64,000 nt of DNA from positions 3,683 to 67,682 of the forward strand of contig CANRNE010000008.1 in NCBI GenBank assembly GCA_947631925.1, in the 5' to 3' direction. This DNA comes from an uncultured Clostridia bacterium. GTDB lineage: Bacteria; Bacillota; Clostridia; Christensenellales; Borkfalkiaceae. The translations under genes were made by a program, and so were the position numbers. Below, piece after piece: positions 48,291-57,551 of this stretch (positions are counted from its first letter, which is position 1; each line of letters opens with the position of its first letter). The notes beneath the pieces were generated by a model that was not told the origin of the DNA, did no database searches, and saw nothing but the letters and a program-made list of their open reading frames with translations.

Positions 48291-50458
48291 TGAATACCGA
48301 GAACCATCTGTCACTGGCTACCAGTAAGCCCCTGACTTCATGGACCCACGAACCAAAGGTCGCCGACCTGAAGGCCGACTACGACAACACCAAGCCAACG
48401 CATGATGGTCATGTGCGTCGGATTGAGCGTTGGCGCAATCTGCTCAATGTGACTGGTTCTGCCAAGCCCCGAGAGGTGAAGGGGCGTTCTTCGGTACAAC
48501 CGAAGGTGATTCGTAAGCAGGCCGAATGGCGCTTCCCGGGTTTGTCCGAACCGCTACTCAACAACCACAAGTTGTTCGAGGTGAAGCCTGTCACCTTCGA
48601 AGACGTGAAGGCAGCAGAACAGAACTCCTTGGTTCTGAACCACCAGTTCCGCACCCAGATGAACCGGGTCAAGTTGGTGGATGACATGGTTCGTGCGCAG
48701 GTGACCGAGGGCACCTTGGTTCTGCGTACCGGTTGGGAACGTCGTACCGCCAAGGTCAAAGAAATGGCCCCGGTGTGGAACTACTTCCCGATCCAAACCG
48801 AGGAAGACTTCATGGCTCTTGAGCAGGCAGCTCAGGAAAGCCAAGCTGATCCACGGACCTTCAAAGAGTCCGCCCCGGAAGAACTCCAGGAGTCGGTACG
48901 TTACTTCCTTGAAACCGGGCAGCCAGTGATTGCCCAGCCTTCGGGTACCGAACAGGAAGTCGAAGTCGAGAAGATTCTGGTCAACCGTCCCGTGGTTCAA
49001 GTGATGAACCCCGAGAACGTGATGATCGACCCTACCTGTGGTGGGGACATCGACAAGGCGATGTTCGTCATCTACTCCTTCGAAACCAGCTACTCGGAGC
49101 TGGTGAAGGAGCCGGAACGTTACAAGAATCTGGATCTGGTGGACTGGTCAAATCTGGGTGTGATCAACAACCCGGACCATGCCACGTCTACTCCGCAGGA
49201 CTTCCAGTTCAAGGACAAGGCCCGCAAGAAGGTCGTGGCCCACGAATACTGGGGCTACTGGGATGTAGAGGGTGACGGCAATCTGGTGGCGTTCGTAGCC
49301 ACATGGGTCGGCGACACCATGATCCGAATGGAAGAGAATCCCTTCCCGGATGGCAAGCTGCCTTTCATCGTGGTTCCGTATTTGCCGGAACTCCGTGAGC
49401 TGTATGGCCAAGCTGACGCTGAGCTGCTGGAAGACAACCAGAAGATCATGGGTGCCCTGATCCGTGGTCTGGTGGATTCCTTCGGTCGAAGTGCTGTAGG
49501 TCAGCAAGGTTTCGCCAAGGGTATGTTGGATCCGGTCAATCGTCGTCGCTTCGACAACGGTCAGGACTATGAGTTCAACCCGACCTTCCATCCGAACCAG
49601 CACCGCATTGAACACAAGTACCCGGACATTCCCCAGTCCGCAATGCTGATGCTCAACCTGCAACAGCAGGACGTGGACAGCATGTCCGGCACCAAGTCCT
49701 TCAGTGAAGGCATCTCTGGTGCGGCCTATGGCAATGTGGCTACCGGTATCCGTGGAGCACTGGATGCTGCTGGCAAGCGCGAGATGTCGATCCTCCGCCG
49801 TTTGGCTCATGGCATGCAGCTGCTGGGCACCCGGATCATCTCGATGAACCAAGCTTTCCTGTCAGAACAGGAAGTGGTTCGCATCACGAATACTGACTTC
49901 GTTGACGTAGCTCGCGAAGATCTGGCTGGCAACTTCGATCTGGAAGTAGATATCTCCACCGCCGAGGCCGATGCAGCCAAGGCGCAGGATCTGGCTTTCG
50001 TTCTCCAGACCATTGGCCCGAACAGTGATCCGCAGGTTGTCATGAAGATCCTGTCGGAGATCGTCCGTCTGAAGCGCATGCCAGATCTGGCCAAACAGAT
50101 TGAGGAGTTCAAACCGGAACCAAGTCCCGAGCAGGTGGCGATGCAGGAAGCTGAGGTTCGCAAGGCTCAAGCTGAAGCAGCTGAAGCAGAAGCCAAGGTT
50201 CAACTGGTATATGCCCAGATTGCCGCGTTGCAGGCCAATGCCCAGAAGACTGGGGTAGAGGTCATGGATCGTGTGACAGGACGTGCACACGCTCAGGAGC
50301 TGGAAAAGCAGCAGGCACAGTCGGCAGGAAACCAAGAGCTGCAAATTACCAAGGCTCTGACTACCGCACGAAAAGAAGGCGAAAGTGCCCCGGATTTGGC
50401 CGCAGCCATCGGTTATCAGCAGCTTTCTTCTCGAAATACTGGACAGCCTGTTCTCTAA
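48290..50458 (+). CDS. Portal protein (N4 gp59-like by position and size), 722 aa
   Basis: Large ORF between the lysis genes and the scaffold/capsid genes, with an acidic coiled-coil C-terminus. No diagnostic motif was recalled. Confidence 0.75.
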   Translation: MNTENHLSLATSKPLTSWTHEPKVADLKADYDNTKPTHDGHVRRIERWRNLLNVTGSAKPREVKGRSSVQPKVIRKQAEWRFPGLSEPLLNNHKLFEVKPVTFEDVKAAEQNSLVLNHQFRTQMNRVKLVDDMVRAQVTEGTLVLRTGWERRTAKVKEMAPVWNYFPIQTEEDFMALEQAAQESQADPRTFKESAPEELQESVRYFLETGQPVIAQPSGTEQEVEVEKILVNRPVVQVMNPENVMIDPTCGGDIDKAMFVIYSFETSYSELVKEPERYKNLDLVDWSNLGVINNPDHATSTPQDFQFKDKARKKVVAHEYWGYWDVEGDGNLVAFVATWVGDTMIRMEENPFPDGKLPFIVVPYLPELRELYGQADAELLEDNQKIMGALIRGLVDSFGRSAVGQQGFAKGMLDPVNRRRFDNGQDYEFNPTFHPNQHRIEHKYPDIPQSAMLMLNLQQQDVDSMSGTKSFSEGISGAAYGNVATGIRGALDAAGKREMSILRRLAHGMQLLGTRIISMNQAFLSEQEVVRITNTDFVDVAREDLAGNFDLEVDISTAEADAAKAQDLAFVLQTIGPNSDPQVVMKILSEIVRLKRMPDLAKQIEEFKPEPSPEQVAMQEAEVRKAQAEAAEAEAKVQLVYAQIAALQANAQKTGVEVMDRVTGRAHAQELEKQQAQSAGNQELQITKALTTARKEGESAPDLAAAIGYQQLSSRNTGQPVL

Positions 50459-50470
50459 GTCTTAGAGTCC

Positions 50471-50519
50471 ACCCTCAACGAGTAGGGGCTATCCCCTACT
50501 CGTATATCACCCTCAACCA
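50471..50519. repeat. 9-bp direct repeat ACCCTCAAC flanking the hairpin CGAGTAGGGG-ctat-CCCCTACTCG (50479..50502)
   Basis: Read directly, just downstream of the portal stop. Confidence 0.75.
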
Positions 50520-50535
50520 CTAGGACCACTCAGAA

Positions 50536-50898
50536 ATGTCTGAAGTCACCCTGATCGAAAAGTACCAGAACGCCATTGCCCACGAGAAAACCGTGCTGGA
50601 GCAGTGCGACGAGATTATCAAGTTGGCCGGCGAGCGCCGTTTCAAGAAGGTGATCCTCGAAGGTTTCTGCCGTGATGAAGTCGTGCGCTACAGCGCCTTG
50701 GCCGTGGATCCCGGTCTGACCCAGTCCCAACGTGACGATGCCCAGCGCATGGCGCATGCCGGTGGCCTGCTGCGTCGTTGGATCCGGATTGCGGAAATGC
50801 AGCGCGAGACCGCAATGAATACCATCCGTGAGCACGAAGAAGAGCTGCGTGAGCTGCTGCACGACGATGTCGGTATTGCTCCGGGTGAGGACGCCTGA
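50536..50898 (+). CDS. Hypothetical protein, 120 aa
   Basis: Track ORF. Confidence 0.7.
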   Translation: MSEVTLIEKYQNAIAHEKTVLEQCDEIIKLAGERRFKKVILEGFCRDEVVRYSALAVDPGLTQSQRDDAQRMAHAGGLLRRWIRIAEMQRETAMNTIREHEEELRELLHDDVGIAPGEDA

Positions 50899-50900
50899 TC

Positions 50901-52052
50901 ATGAACATCGAGAACCTGACTGACGAACAGTTGGCCTCGATGTCAGCACCCCCGGCAACGGGGGTTTCTGGCGGCGATGCCACTGCTGATACCACTTCTA
51001 CCGAAGCAGCAACTGGGGACGAAGAAGGTACCGACAACGCTGCTGCCTCTGCCGGTGAAGGTGAGCCGGACAACGTTGACACCACTGCTACTGATGGTGA
51101 TGCCACCGCAGGTAGTGGTGATCCCCTGAGCCAAGATGCGGGAGCTGCTGCTTCCACTGGTTCGGAAGCCGGTGCACAACCGGGCAAGGAAGAAGGTGCT
51201 GCACCCGCAGCTGCCACCGAAGCCAAGGAGCTGGATTACAAGGCTCTGTATGAAGAGTTGATGGCCCCGCTCCGTGCGAACGGTAAGGACATCGAGCTGA
51301 AGTCGCCCCAGGAATTGAAGCAGCTTGCTTCGATGGGTGCGAACTACACAAAAAACATGCAGAATATCCGTCATCACAAGAAAGCCTTGTTGATGTTGGA
51401 AAACAACGGCCTGTTGGACGAGGGCCAGATCAGCTACCTCATTGACTTGAGTAAGGGCGATCCGGCAGCCATCCAAAAGCTGTTGAAGGAAAAGCAAATT
51501 GATCCGTTGGACGTGGACACTCGCGGCGAGACCACGTACACCGATCAGGGCAATCATCGACTGACTGACAACGAAGTGAGTTTCCGTGAGCAGGTGGACG
51601 AGATCGTCTCTACTCCACGCGGCGCAGAAACCATTTCGGTATTCAACAGTTGGGATCAGGCCAGCAAGGACCTCCTGTGGAAGAACCCACAGTTGATGTC
51701 CGTCATCCACAACCATCGCCTCAACGGCACGTTTGACGTTGTGGCCGAGGAAGTGGCTCGCCGTCGCACCATCGGCACCATCCCCGTGAGTGAATCTTTC
51801 TTGTCCGCCTACAACGCAGTCGGCGAAGAAATGCTCGCAGCCCGTCAGCAGCAGTCCACTGCTGCCAAGACTCCGGTTGCAACCCGAGCAGTTTCTTCGG
51901 CTACTTCGCAGGCCGGCGCCTCCGGGAAAGTTGCTGCTGCTGCTCCCACCCGTTCGGGTACACGCTCTGCAACCCCAATCGTCAATCCTCTTGCACTGTC
52001 GGACGAAGACTTCGAAAAAGCCTTCGCAGCGCAGTTCAAGGATCGCCTCTAA
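50901..52052 (+). CDS. Scaffold-like protein, 383 aa
   Basis: Acidic low-complexity N-terminus. It lies immediately upstream of the major capsid gene. Confidence 0.65.
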   Translation: MNIENLTDEQLASMSAPPATGVSGGDATADTTSTEAATGDEEGTDNAAASAGEGEPDNVDTTATDGDATAGSGDPLSQDAGAAASTGSEAGAQPGKEEGAAPAAATEAKELDYKALYEELMAPLRANGKDIELKSPQELKQLASMGANYTKNMQNIRHHKKALLMLENNGLLDEGQISYLIDLSKGDPAAIQKLLKEKQIDPLDVDTRGETTYTDQGNHRLTDNEVSFREQVDEIVSTPRGAETISVFNSWDQASKDLLWKNPQLMSVIHNHRLNGTFDVVAEEVARRRTIGTIPVSESFLSAYNAVGEEMLAARQQQSTAAKTPVATRAVSSATSQAGASGKVAAAAPTRSGTRSATPIVNPLALSDEDFEKAFAAQFKDRL

Positions 52053-52064
52053 GGAATCGCCGCA

Positions 52065-53267
52065 ATGCTGCAATACAACGCTCCCGCCGATGGCACGAAG
52101 TCAACCATCGACTCCGCCAGTTCGGATCAGATGAACACCTTCTTCTGGCTGCGCAAGGCTCTGACAACTGCCCGCAAGGAGCAGTTCTTCATGCCGCTGG
52201 CCAACGCCGTCAACATGCCGAAGCACTACGGCAAGACCGTCAAGGTCTACGAGTACATCCCGCTGCTGGACGACCGCAACGTCAACACCATGGGCATCGA
52301 CGCCGCCGGTGCCACCATTGCCAACGGCAACCTGTATGGTTCGTCGAAGGACATCGGTGTGATCCAGGGCAAGCTGCCGCACCTGTCCGAGAACGGTGGC
52401 CGCGTCAACCGCGTCGGCTTCACCCGTATCGAGCGTGAAGGTTCGATCCACAAGTTCGGCTTCTTCACCGAGTTCACCAAGGAGTCCATGGACTTCGATT
52501 CCGACGACGGCCTGAAGGAACACCTGTCGCGTGAACTGCTGAACGGTGCTGTCCAGCTGACCGAAGCCTGCCTCCAGATCGACCTGCTGCTGAATGCCGG
52601 CGTGGTGCTGTACCCAGGTGCTGCCACCAGCAACGCCACCATGACTGCTGAAGGTGCGCTGCCGTCGCTGGTCAACTACAAGAACCTGGTCAAGATGGAC
52701 CAGATCCTGACCGACAACCGCACACCGAAGCACACCACGGTGATCACCGGTTCGCGTCTGATCGACACCAAGGTGATCCCGGCCTGCCGTGTCGCCTACG
52801 TTGGTTCGGAGCTGGCTTACCACCTCCAGACCATGAAGGACCCGTTCAACAACAAGGCCTTCATCGAAGTCCAGCACTACGCCGATGCCGGTACCGTGCT
52901 GAACGGCGAGATCGGTTGCATTGGTTCGACCCGCTTCGTGCAGGTCCCGGAAATGCTGAAGTGGGCCGGTGCCGGCGCTACTGTCGGTACCAACCCGGGC
53001 TACTACTCGACCACCGTTGGTGCGGACGAGAAGTACGACGTGTTCCCGATTCTGTTCATCGGTGATGACAGCTTCAGCACCATCGGTTTCCAGACCGATG
53101 GCAAGACCCTGAAGTTCGACATCCTGACCAAGATGCCGGGCAAGGAAACCGCTGACCGCAGCGATCCGTATGGCGAAACCGGCTTCAGCTCGATCAAGTG
53201 GTACTACGGCTTCCTGGCCAAGCGTCCCGAGCGCATGGGCCTGATCAAGACCGTGGCTCCGCTGTAA
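52065..53267 (+). CDS. Major capsid protein (N4 gp56-like by position and size), 400 aa
   Basis: Strong codon bias. It is followed by a strong terminator, and its synteny is scaffold-MCP. Confidence 0.85.
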   Translation: MLQYNAPADGTKSTIDSASSDQMNTFFWLRKALTTARKEQFFMPLANAVNMPKHYGKTVKVYEYIPLLDDRNVNTMGIDAAGATIANGNLYGSSKDIGVIQGKLPHLSENGGRVNRVGFTRIEREGSIHKFGFFTEFTKESMDFDSDDGLKEHLSRELLNGAVQLTEACLQIDLLLNAGVVLYPGAATSNATMTAEGALPSLVNYKNLVKMDQILTDNRTPKHTTVITGSRLIDTKVIPACRVAYVGSELAYHLQTMKDPFNNKAFIEVQHYADAGTVLNGEIGCIGSTRFVQVPEMLKWAGAGATVGTNPGYYSTTVGADEKYDVFPILFIGDDSFSTIGFQTDGKTLKFDILTKMPGKETADRSDPYGETGFSSIKWYYGFLAKRPERMGLIKTVAPL

Positions 53268-53289
53268 ATCATCGGCCTGGGCGTATAGA

Positions 53290-53318
53290 GTGAGGGGCAC
53301 TTAGCCCCTCACTTTTTT
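53290..53318 (+). terminator. Rho-independent terminator after the capsid gene
   Basis: GTGAGGGGC-actta-GCCCCTCAC followed by TTTTTT. Confidence 0.85.
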
Positions 53319-53339
53319 CACAATCAAGAGTACAGAACC

Positions 53340-53963
53340 ATGAGCGAAGAGAACCAGAACCAGACTCCTCCGGCCAACGATCCGGTTGTCCAGAGTGATC
53401 CCCAGACCGAGAAGCAACTGCTGATGGCTCAAGCCAAGGTCATGGGCCTGACCGTCTCCAACAACATCACCATCGAAAAGCTGCGTGAGCGTATCGCCGA
53501 GCACACCGCCAAGTCAGCAACTACCACTACGGTTGCTGCTGATGTCGCAGGTGAAGTCGAAGAACTGGGCGAGCACGCCATTCCGTCCACCAAGTCCATC
53601 CACGTCCTGCGCAAGGAAATGCGGCTGGAAGCCATGGCTCTGGTGCGTGTTCGCATCGGTAACATGGATCCGAAGAAGGCTGGCCTGCAAGGTGAGATCC
53701 ACACCCTGCACAACGATCTGATCGGCACGATCAAGCATTTCGTCCCCTACGGCGATGCAACCGAGAACGGTTGGATGCTGCCGAAGATCCTGGTCGATCA
53801 TCTGAAGTCCAAGCAGTTCCAGCACATCCGTTCGTACACGGATCCGAAGACCAAGCAGGTCAAGGTCGAGACCGCGATGCGCAACGAGTTCGTGATCGAA
53901 ACCCTGCCGCAGCTCACCGCTTCCGAGCTGGCCGATCTGCGAGCTGCACAGCTGGGCCAGTAA
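53340..53963 (+). CDS. Virion-associated protein (gp55 position), 207 aa
   Basis: Track ORF. Confidence 0.7.
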   Translation: MSEENQNQTPPANDPVVQSDPQTEKQLLMAQAKVMGLTVSNNITIEKLRERIAEHTAKSATTTTVAADVAGEVEELGEHAIPSTKSIHVLRKEMRLEAMALVRVRIGNMDPKKAGLQGEIHTLHNDLIGTIKHFVPYGDATENGWMLPKILVDHLKSKQFQHIRSYTDPKTKQVKVETAMRNEFVIETLPQLTASELADLRAAQLGQ

Positions 53964-53985
53964 CATCCTCTGTATGTAGGCCCTA

Positions 53986-54019
53986 CGGCTCGCTACCATT
54001 ACGGTAGCGGGCCGTTTTT
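53986..54019 (+). terminator. Rho-independent terminator
   Basis: CGGCTCGCTACC-attac-GGTAGCGGGCCG (one G-U pair) followed by TTTTT. Confidence 0.8.
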
Positions 54020-54033
54020 CATAGGACACGACG

Positions 54034-54891
54034 ATGACTTCTGCAAGCACTCATTTTTCAGACGATCTGGCCATTGGTCTTTTCGAGCGCCTGACTGATG
54101 ACATCAACATCTCCATTCCCACCATCAACTGGGATACGGATTTTGCTTTCCCGTACAACAACGACAGTGACCTGTTCAAGCAGCAGAAACAGCTGACGAA
54201 CGGTGATCTGACCTCCGGCAATTCCTGCGGCGAAGGTGCCGTGGACGTGTTGGTGGCCAAGGTCCGTGCTGTGCTCCAAGAGGAGTACAACCAAGGCCGA
54301 ATCACCCAAGCCGAGTACACGAAGGCTCTGGTGGAATCCATGGCTCAGGCTATCGGCAACGGTACCCAGTTCCTGTTGAATCGTGATCAGTCCTACTGGG
54401 CTGCGGTTCGTACCCAGATTGAAGCAGCCACTGCTCGAATCGGGTTTGCTACTGCACGTCTCCAGTACCTGACTACCGAGGCTCAGCTGAAGACCCAGCT
54501 GGCTACCTATGCCCTGACCAAGTTGAAGCTGGCCAGTGAGGACATGGGTTACGGCACTGCCAAGTTCAATCTGGAGCTGATGCTGCCGACCCAACGGGAA
54601 ATGGTCTCCGAGCAGCTGGAAGCTGTCCGTGCCCAGACTCTCGATACCCGTCTGGATGGGATTCCGGTTTCTGGTTCCGTGGGTATGCAGAAGAAGCTGC
54701 ACCAGCAGCAGATCACCAGCTACCAGCGTGATGCTGAGTTGAAGGCTGCACGCCTGTTCTCTGATGCCTGGATCACCATGAAGACCGTGGACGAAGGTCT
54801 GCTGCCTCCGGGTGGTTTCGCCAATGCCAGCCTCGATCAGATCCTGACGACGCTGAAGACCAACAACGGTCTGGAAGGCGGTACACCGTAA
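54034..54891 (+). CDS. Virion protein (gp54 position), 285 aa
   Basis: Track ORF. Confidence 0.75.
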   Translation: MTSASTHFSDDLAIGLFERLTDDINISIPTINWDTDFAFPYNNDSDLFKQQKQLTNGDLTSGNSCGEGAVDVLVAKVRAVLQEEYNQGRITQAEYTKALVESMAQAIGNGTQFLLNRDQSYWAAVRTQIEAATARIGFATARLQYLTTEAQLKTQLATYALTKLKLASEDMGYGTAKFNLELMLPTQREMVSEQLEAVRAQTLDTRLDGIPVSGSVGMQKKLHQQQITSYQRDAELKAARLFSDAWITMKTVDEGLLPPGGFANASLDQILTTLKTNNGLEGGTP

Positions 54892-57089
54892 TGGGCCTGT
54901 TTGGTTCCCGGAAAAAGGTCTACGTCTCATCCTCCATCTACAACTTGGCGGGTGATGTGACGAAGCGCCCGAGCTTCATGAAGTCAGTGGTGATCAACAA
55001 AGTCATGTCGGGCAACCCTCGAAACAGCATGGCCAGCGTGGTCACCAATGCACTTCTGGGCGGGCCGGGAATCAAGCTCCGGTCCTTCGGTCGTTGGGCA
55101 CGGACGAGCGGGTACACAGATTCCTTGCGAATCCAGAAGACCCACTTGTCCAACAACTACGCTCTGGACATGGAGGTCCTTCGAGCCTATATCGGGGAAC
55201 GAGTATCAGCAGAAGTCCAGATCCAGTCTGTGGAGATCGACGATGCTGATCACTCTTACTGGGCCGAGCAGTGGATGCTGGCCAACTTCCCGGAAGAGTT
55301 CGATACCGAGTGGGCAGCGGACTACAACGACCTCGAAAAGAAGATCTACATCGACCGAGCCAACGGAGCTGGACTGACCTCGGTTTACGCTCCTGAGTTC
55401 TCCCGTGGCCGGAAGTACATCTACACGGCATACACACTCCCGGATCAGACCTTGAAGATCTGGATCTACCCAGAGGGTGGTGGCTCAGCTGAGCTGGATG
55501 CCATGTTCCGTGCTGGACAGTCAGTAGGTGGATTCTTCCCTCCGATCTTTGTCCGGTACGACAACAAGTTCCTGAGCCCGTCCTACAAGGCGGATCTGTA
55601 CCGTCTCGGCAATAAGGCTTACAAGAAGGCCGTTGGCTCAGAACTGTCAGATGTGGTGAAGACCCTTCAGGACAATGATTCCTTGGGAGATATCGACCAT
55701 GCCTTCATCATGTTCGGGGCAAGCCTGAACTCTCCAAGCACCAATGCCTGTAGGTACATCTACTCGTTCTTCCACTCGATGCTCTCGGATTACCCGGGAG
55801 TTGTCAGCCAGCCAAACCTGACTGACTACGTCAACAAGATGGGCTTGTCAAAGCTCTCCATTGATGCTGTCGAAGAGTGGATGGACAACCCGGTAGGCAA
55901 TGCTCCGGAAGTGGTGACACCTCCGGCAGCTCCCCGAACCTCGGTCACGATGGCATCGTCCCGGACGGACATCGACTTCTCGATGAAGATCGAGTGGGCA
56001 TCCCTCCAGAAAACAACTGGCCAAGGAATGTTCGATCCCACCAAGAAGGTGGGTGAGTGCTGGATCCAGAAAGGCAGCACACTACCGGTGGCCAAGGGAT
56101 TGATTGGACGGGCCGTTACTCGAACCAACTTGGCCGAGTCATTCGAGAGCATCCAAATCTATTGGCAGGAGACTGCCGACTCCTGGAGCTGTCTGGAGAT
56201 TCGAGGCCTGAAGCACACCAACCGGGTTTACAAAGGTAAGTCGGTTGAGATCACAGGTTGGGAGGCCCTCGACGACGAGGAGGAATCAGGATTCCTGATC
56301 CCTTTGCACGAGACCATCCTGAAGCAGATGTCTCTGACCAACGCCACCCAGTTTTGTACGGCCAACACCTACATGGTGTTGAACTGTTACAAGGTGGTGA
56401 AGAAGAAGTGGTACCAGACCGGCATCTTTGCCGTGATCCTGATCATAGTCATGATCGTGGTGTGTTACTTCTACCCACCGGCTGCTGCTGCACTATCCTC
56501 TACTTTCGGTGGTACTGCCGCTACGGCAGCGGGTCTGACTGGTCTCGCAGCTACTGTGGCAGCTGTGGCGATCAACGCTATCGTTGGTATGGTGGTTCTG
56601 AGCATTCTTACCAAAGCGGGTACTGCCCTGTTCGGTGAGAAGATCGGTGCCATCATCGGAGCCATCGGGGCTGTAATAACCATGCAGGTCGGTACCGCCA
56701 TGATGAATGGTGCAACCTTGGCTACTGCCTTCAGCGGGATGATGAGTGCCCCCAACATCATGGGTCTGATGAATGCTGCGGGTAAGGGGTACCAAGCCTA
56801 CATGGCTGCCTCGACCAACGAGATCATCGGCAAGACCCAACAGGTAATGGAGGAATACTCAGGTGCAATGGATGAGATTTCCTCTAAAATGCAAGAACTG
56901 CTGGGAACCGAACAAGCGTGGCTTGATCCACTCGCGTTCCTTGATTCGACCAACGGCACCATTGGGGCCGAGTCCCGTGACAGCTTCTTGGCTCGGACAC
57001 TGATGACTGGTTCTGACGTGGCTGAGATGAGCTTGGAGCTGATCTCGGAGTTCACCAATATCACCCTCGATACTTCCTCAACGGTGTAA
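54891..57089 (+). CDS. Large internal virion protein (gp53 position) with a C-terminal cluster of hydrophobic Ala/Gly-rich segments, 732 aa
   Basis: TAATG overlap at the start. Hydrophobic segments include IFAVILIIVMIVVCYFY, GLTGLAATVAAVAINAIVGMVVLSIL and IGAIIGAIGAVITMQVG. Confidence 0.8.
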   Translation: MGLFGSRKKVYVSSSIYNLAGDVTKRPSFMKSVVINKVMSGNPRNSMASVVTNALLGGPGIKLRSFGRWARTSGYTDSLRIQKTHLSNNYALDMEVLRAYIGERVSAEVQIQSVEIDDADHSYWAEQWMLANFPEEFDTEWAADYNDLEKKIYIDRANGAGLTSVYAPEFSRGRKYIYTAYTLPDQTLKIWIYPEGGGSAELDAMFRAGQSVGGFFPPIFVRYDNKFLSPSYKADLYRLGNKAYKKAVGSELSDVVKTLQDNDSLGDIDHAFIMFGASLNSPSTNACRYIYSFFHSMLSDYPGVVSQPNLTDYVNKMGLSKLSIDAVEEWMDNPVGNAPEVVTPPAAPRTSVTMASSRTDIDFSMKIEWASLQKTTGQGMFDPTKKVGECWIQKGSTLPVAKGLIGRAVTRTNLAESFESIQIYWQETADSWSCLEIRGLKHTNRVYKGKSVEITGWEALDDEEESGFLIPLHETILKQMSLTNATQFCTANTYMVLNCYKVVKKKWYQTGIFAVILIIVMIVVCYFYPPAAAALSSTFGGTAATAAGLTGLAATVAAVAINAIVGMVVLSILTKAGTALFGEKIGAIIGAIGAVITMQVGTAMMNGATLATAFSGMMSAPNIMGLMNAAGKGYQAYMAASTNEIIGKTQQVMEEYSGAMDEISSKMQELLGTEQAWLDPLAFLDSTNGTIGAESRDSFLARTLMTGSDVAEMSLELISEFTNITLDTSSTV

Positions 57090-57092
57090 CCA

Positions 57093-57542
57093 ATGGAAAA
57101 CGAATACGGCACTTTCCTGAACTCGTCAGGCTTCTCTGATCCCATCCAAGTAGGCAACACCACCATGACACCTGCTATTGGAGGTCTGGTGGCTTTGGGT
57201 GCTGATTCCTATATGGACGGCATGAGGTCCTTTAATCCTGGCATTCAAGGAGATCAGGGCAACGGCTTCATGAACTTCCTTGGCTCCAACGGTTTCAAGA
57301 CTGGTGTGAGCGCACTCCAGACTGTTGCCGGTCTCTACAACGCCTACAACTCCAACAAGATGGCCAAACAGCAGTTGCGCTTCTCGCGTAACTTTGCCAA
57401 TGCCAATCTGGCCAACCAGACCCAGAGCTACAACACGGCCCTCTCTGACCGTGCACGTAGCCGTGGTGTGATGGAAGGACAGAGCCAAGCTCAGGTTGAT
57501 GGCTACATCGCTGCCAACCGTCTGCAAGATCGCACTGTCTAA
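57093..57542 (+). CDS. Virion protein (gp52 position), 149 aa
   Basis: Track ORF. Confidence 0.7.
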   Translation: MENEYGTFLNSSGFSDPIQVGNTTMTPAIGGLVALGADSYMDGMRSFNPGIQGDQGNGFMNFLGSNGFKTGVSALQTVAGLYNAYNSNKMAKQQLRFSRNFANANLANQTQSYNTALSDRARSRGVMEGQSQAQVDGYIAANRLQDRTV

Positions 57543-57551
57543 GGAGGCAGC

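Noticed and set aside
52101-53300. 399-aa minus-strand ORF (and similarly 50943..52073, 376 aa) opposite the capsid and scaffold genes
   Set aside because: These are antisense shadows of highly expressed plus-strand genes. Their composition is dominated by Val/Gly/Leu/Asp/His/Gln. They have no ribosome-binding site or coupling, and they would break the late-operon synteny.
36067-53980. ATGTAGG heptamer seen in gene-sense orientation in several intergenic regions (36067..36085, 37943..37960, 39382..39389, 53973..53980) as a possible middle/late promoter core
   Set aside because: A 7-mer is expected about 8 times by chance in 2 x 64 kb. I also saw it inside coding sequence (for example near 26478), and one copy lies upstream of a terminator rather than a gene. 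This is not enough support without statistics or TSS data.
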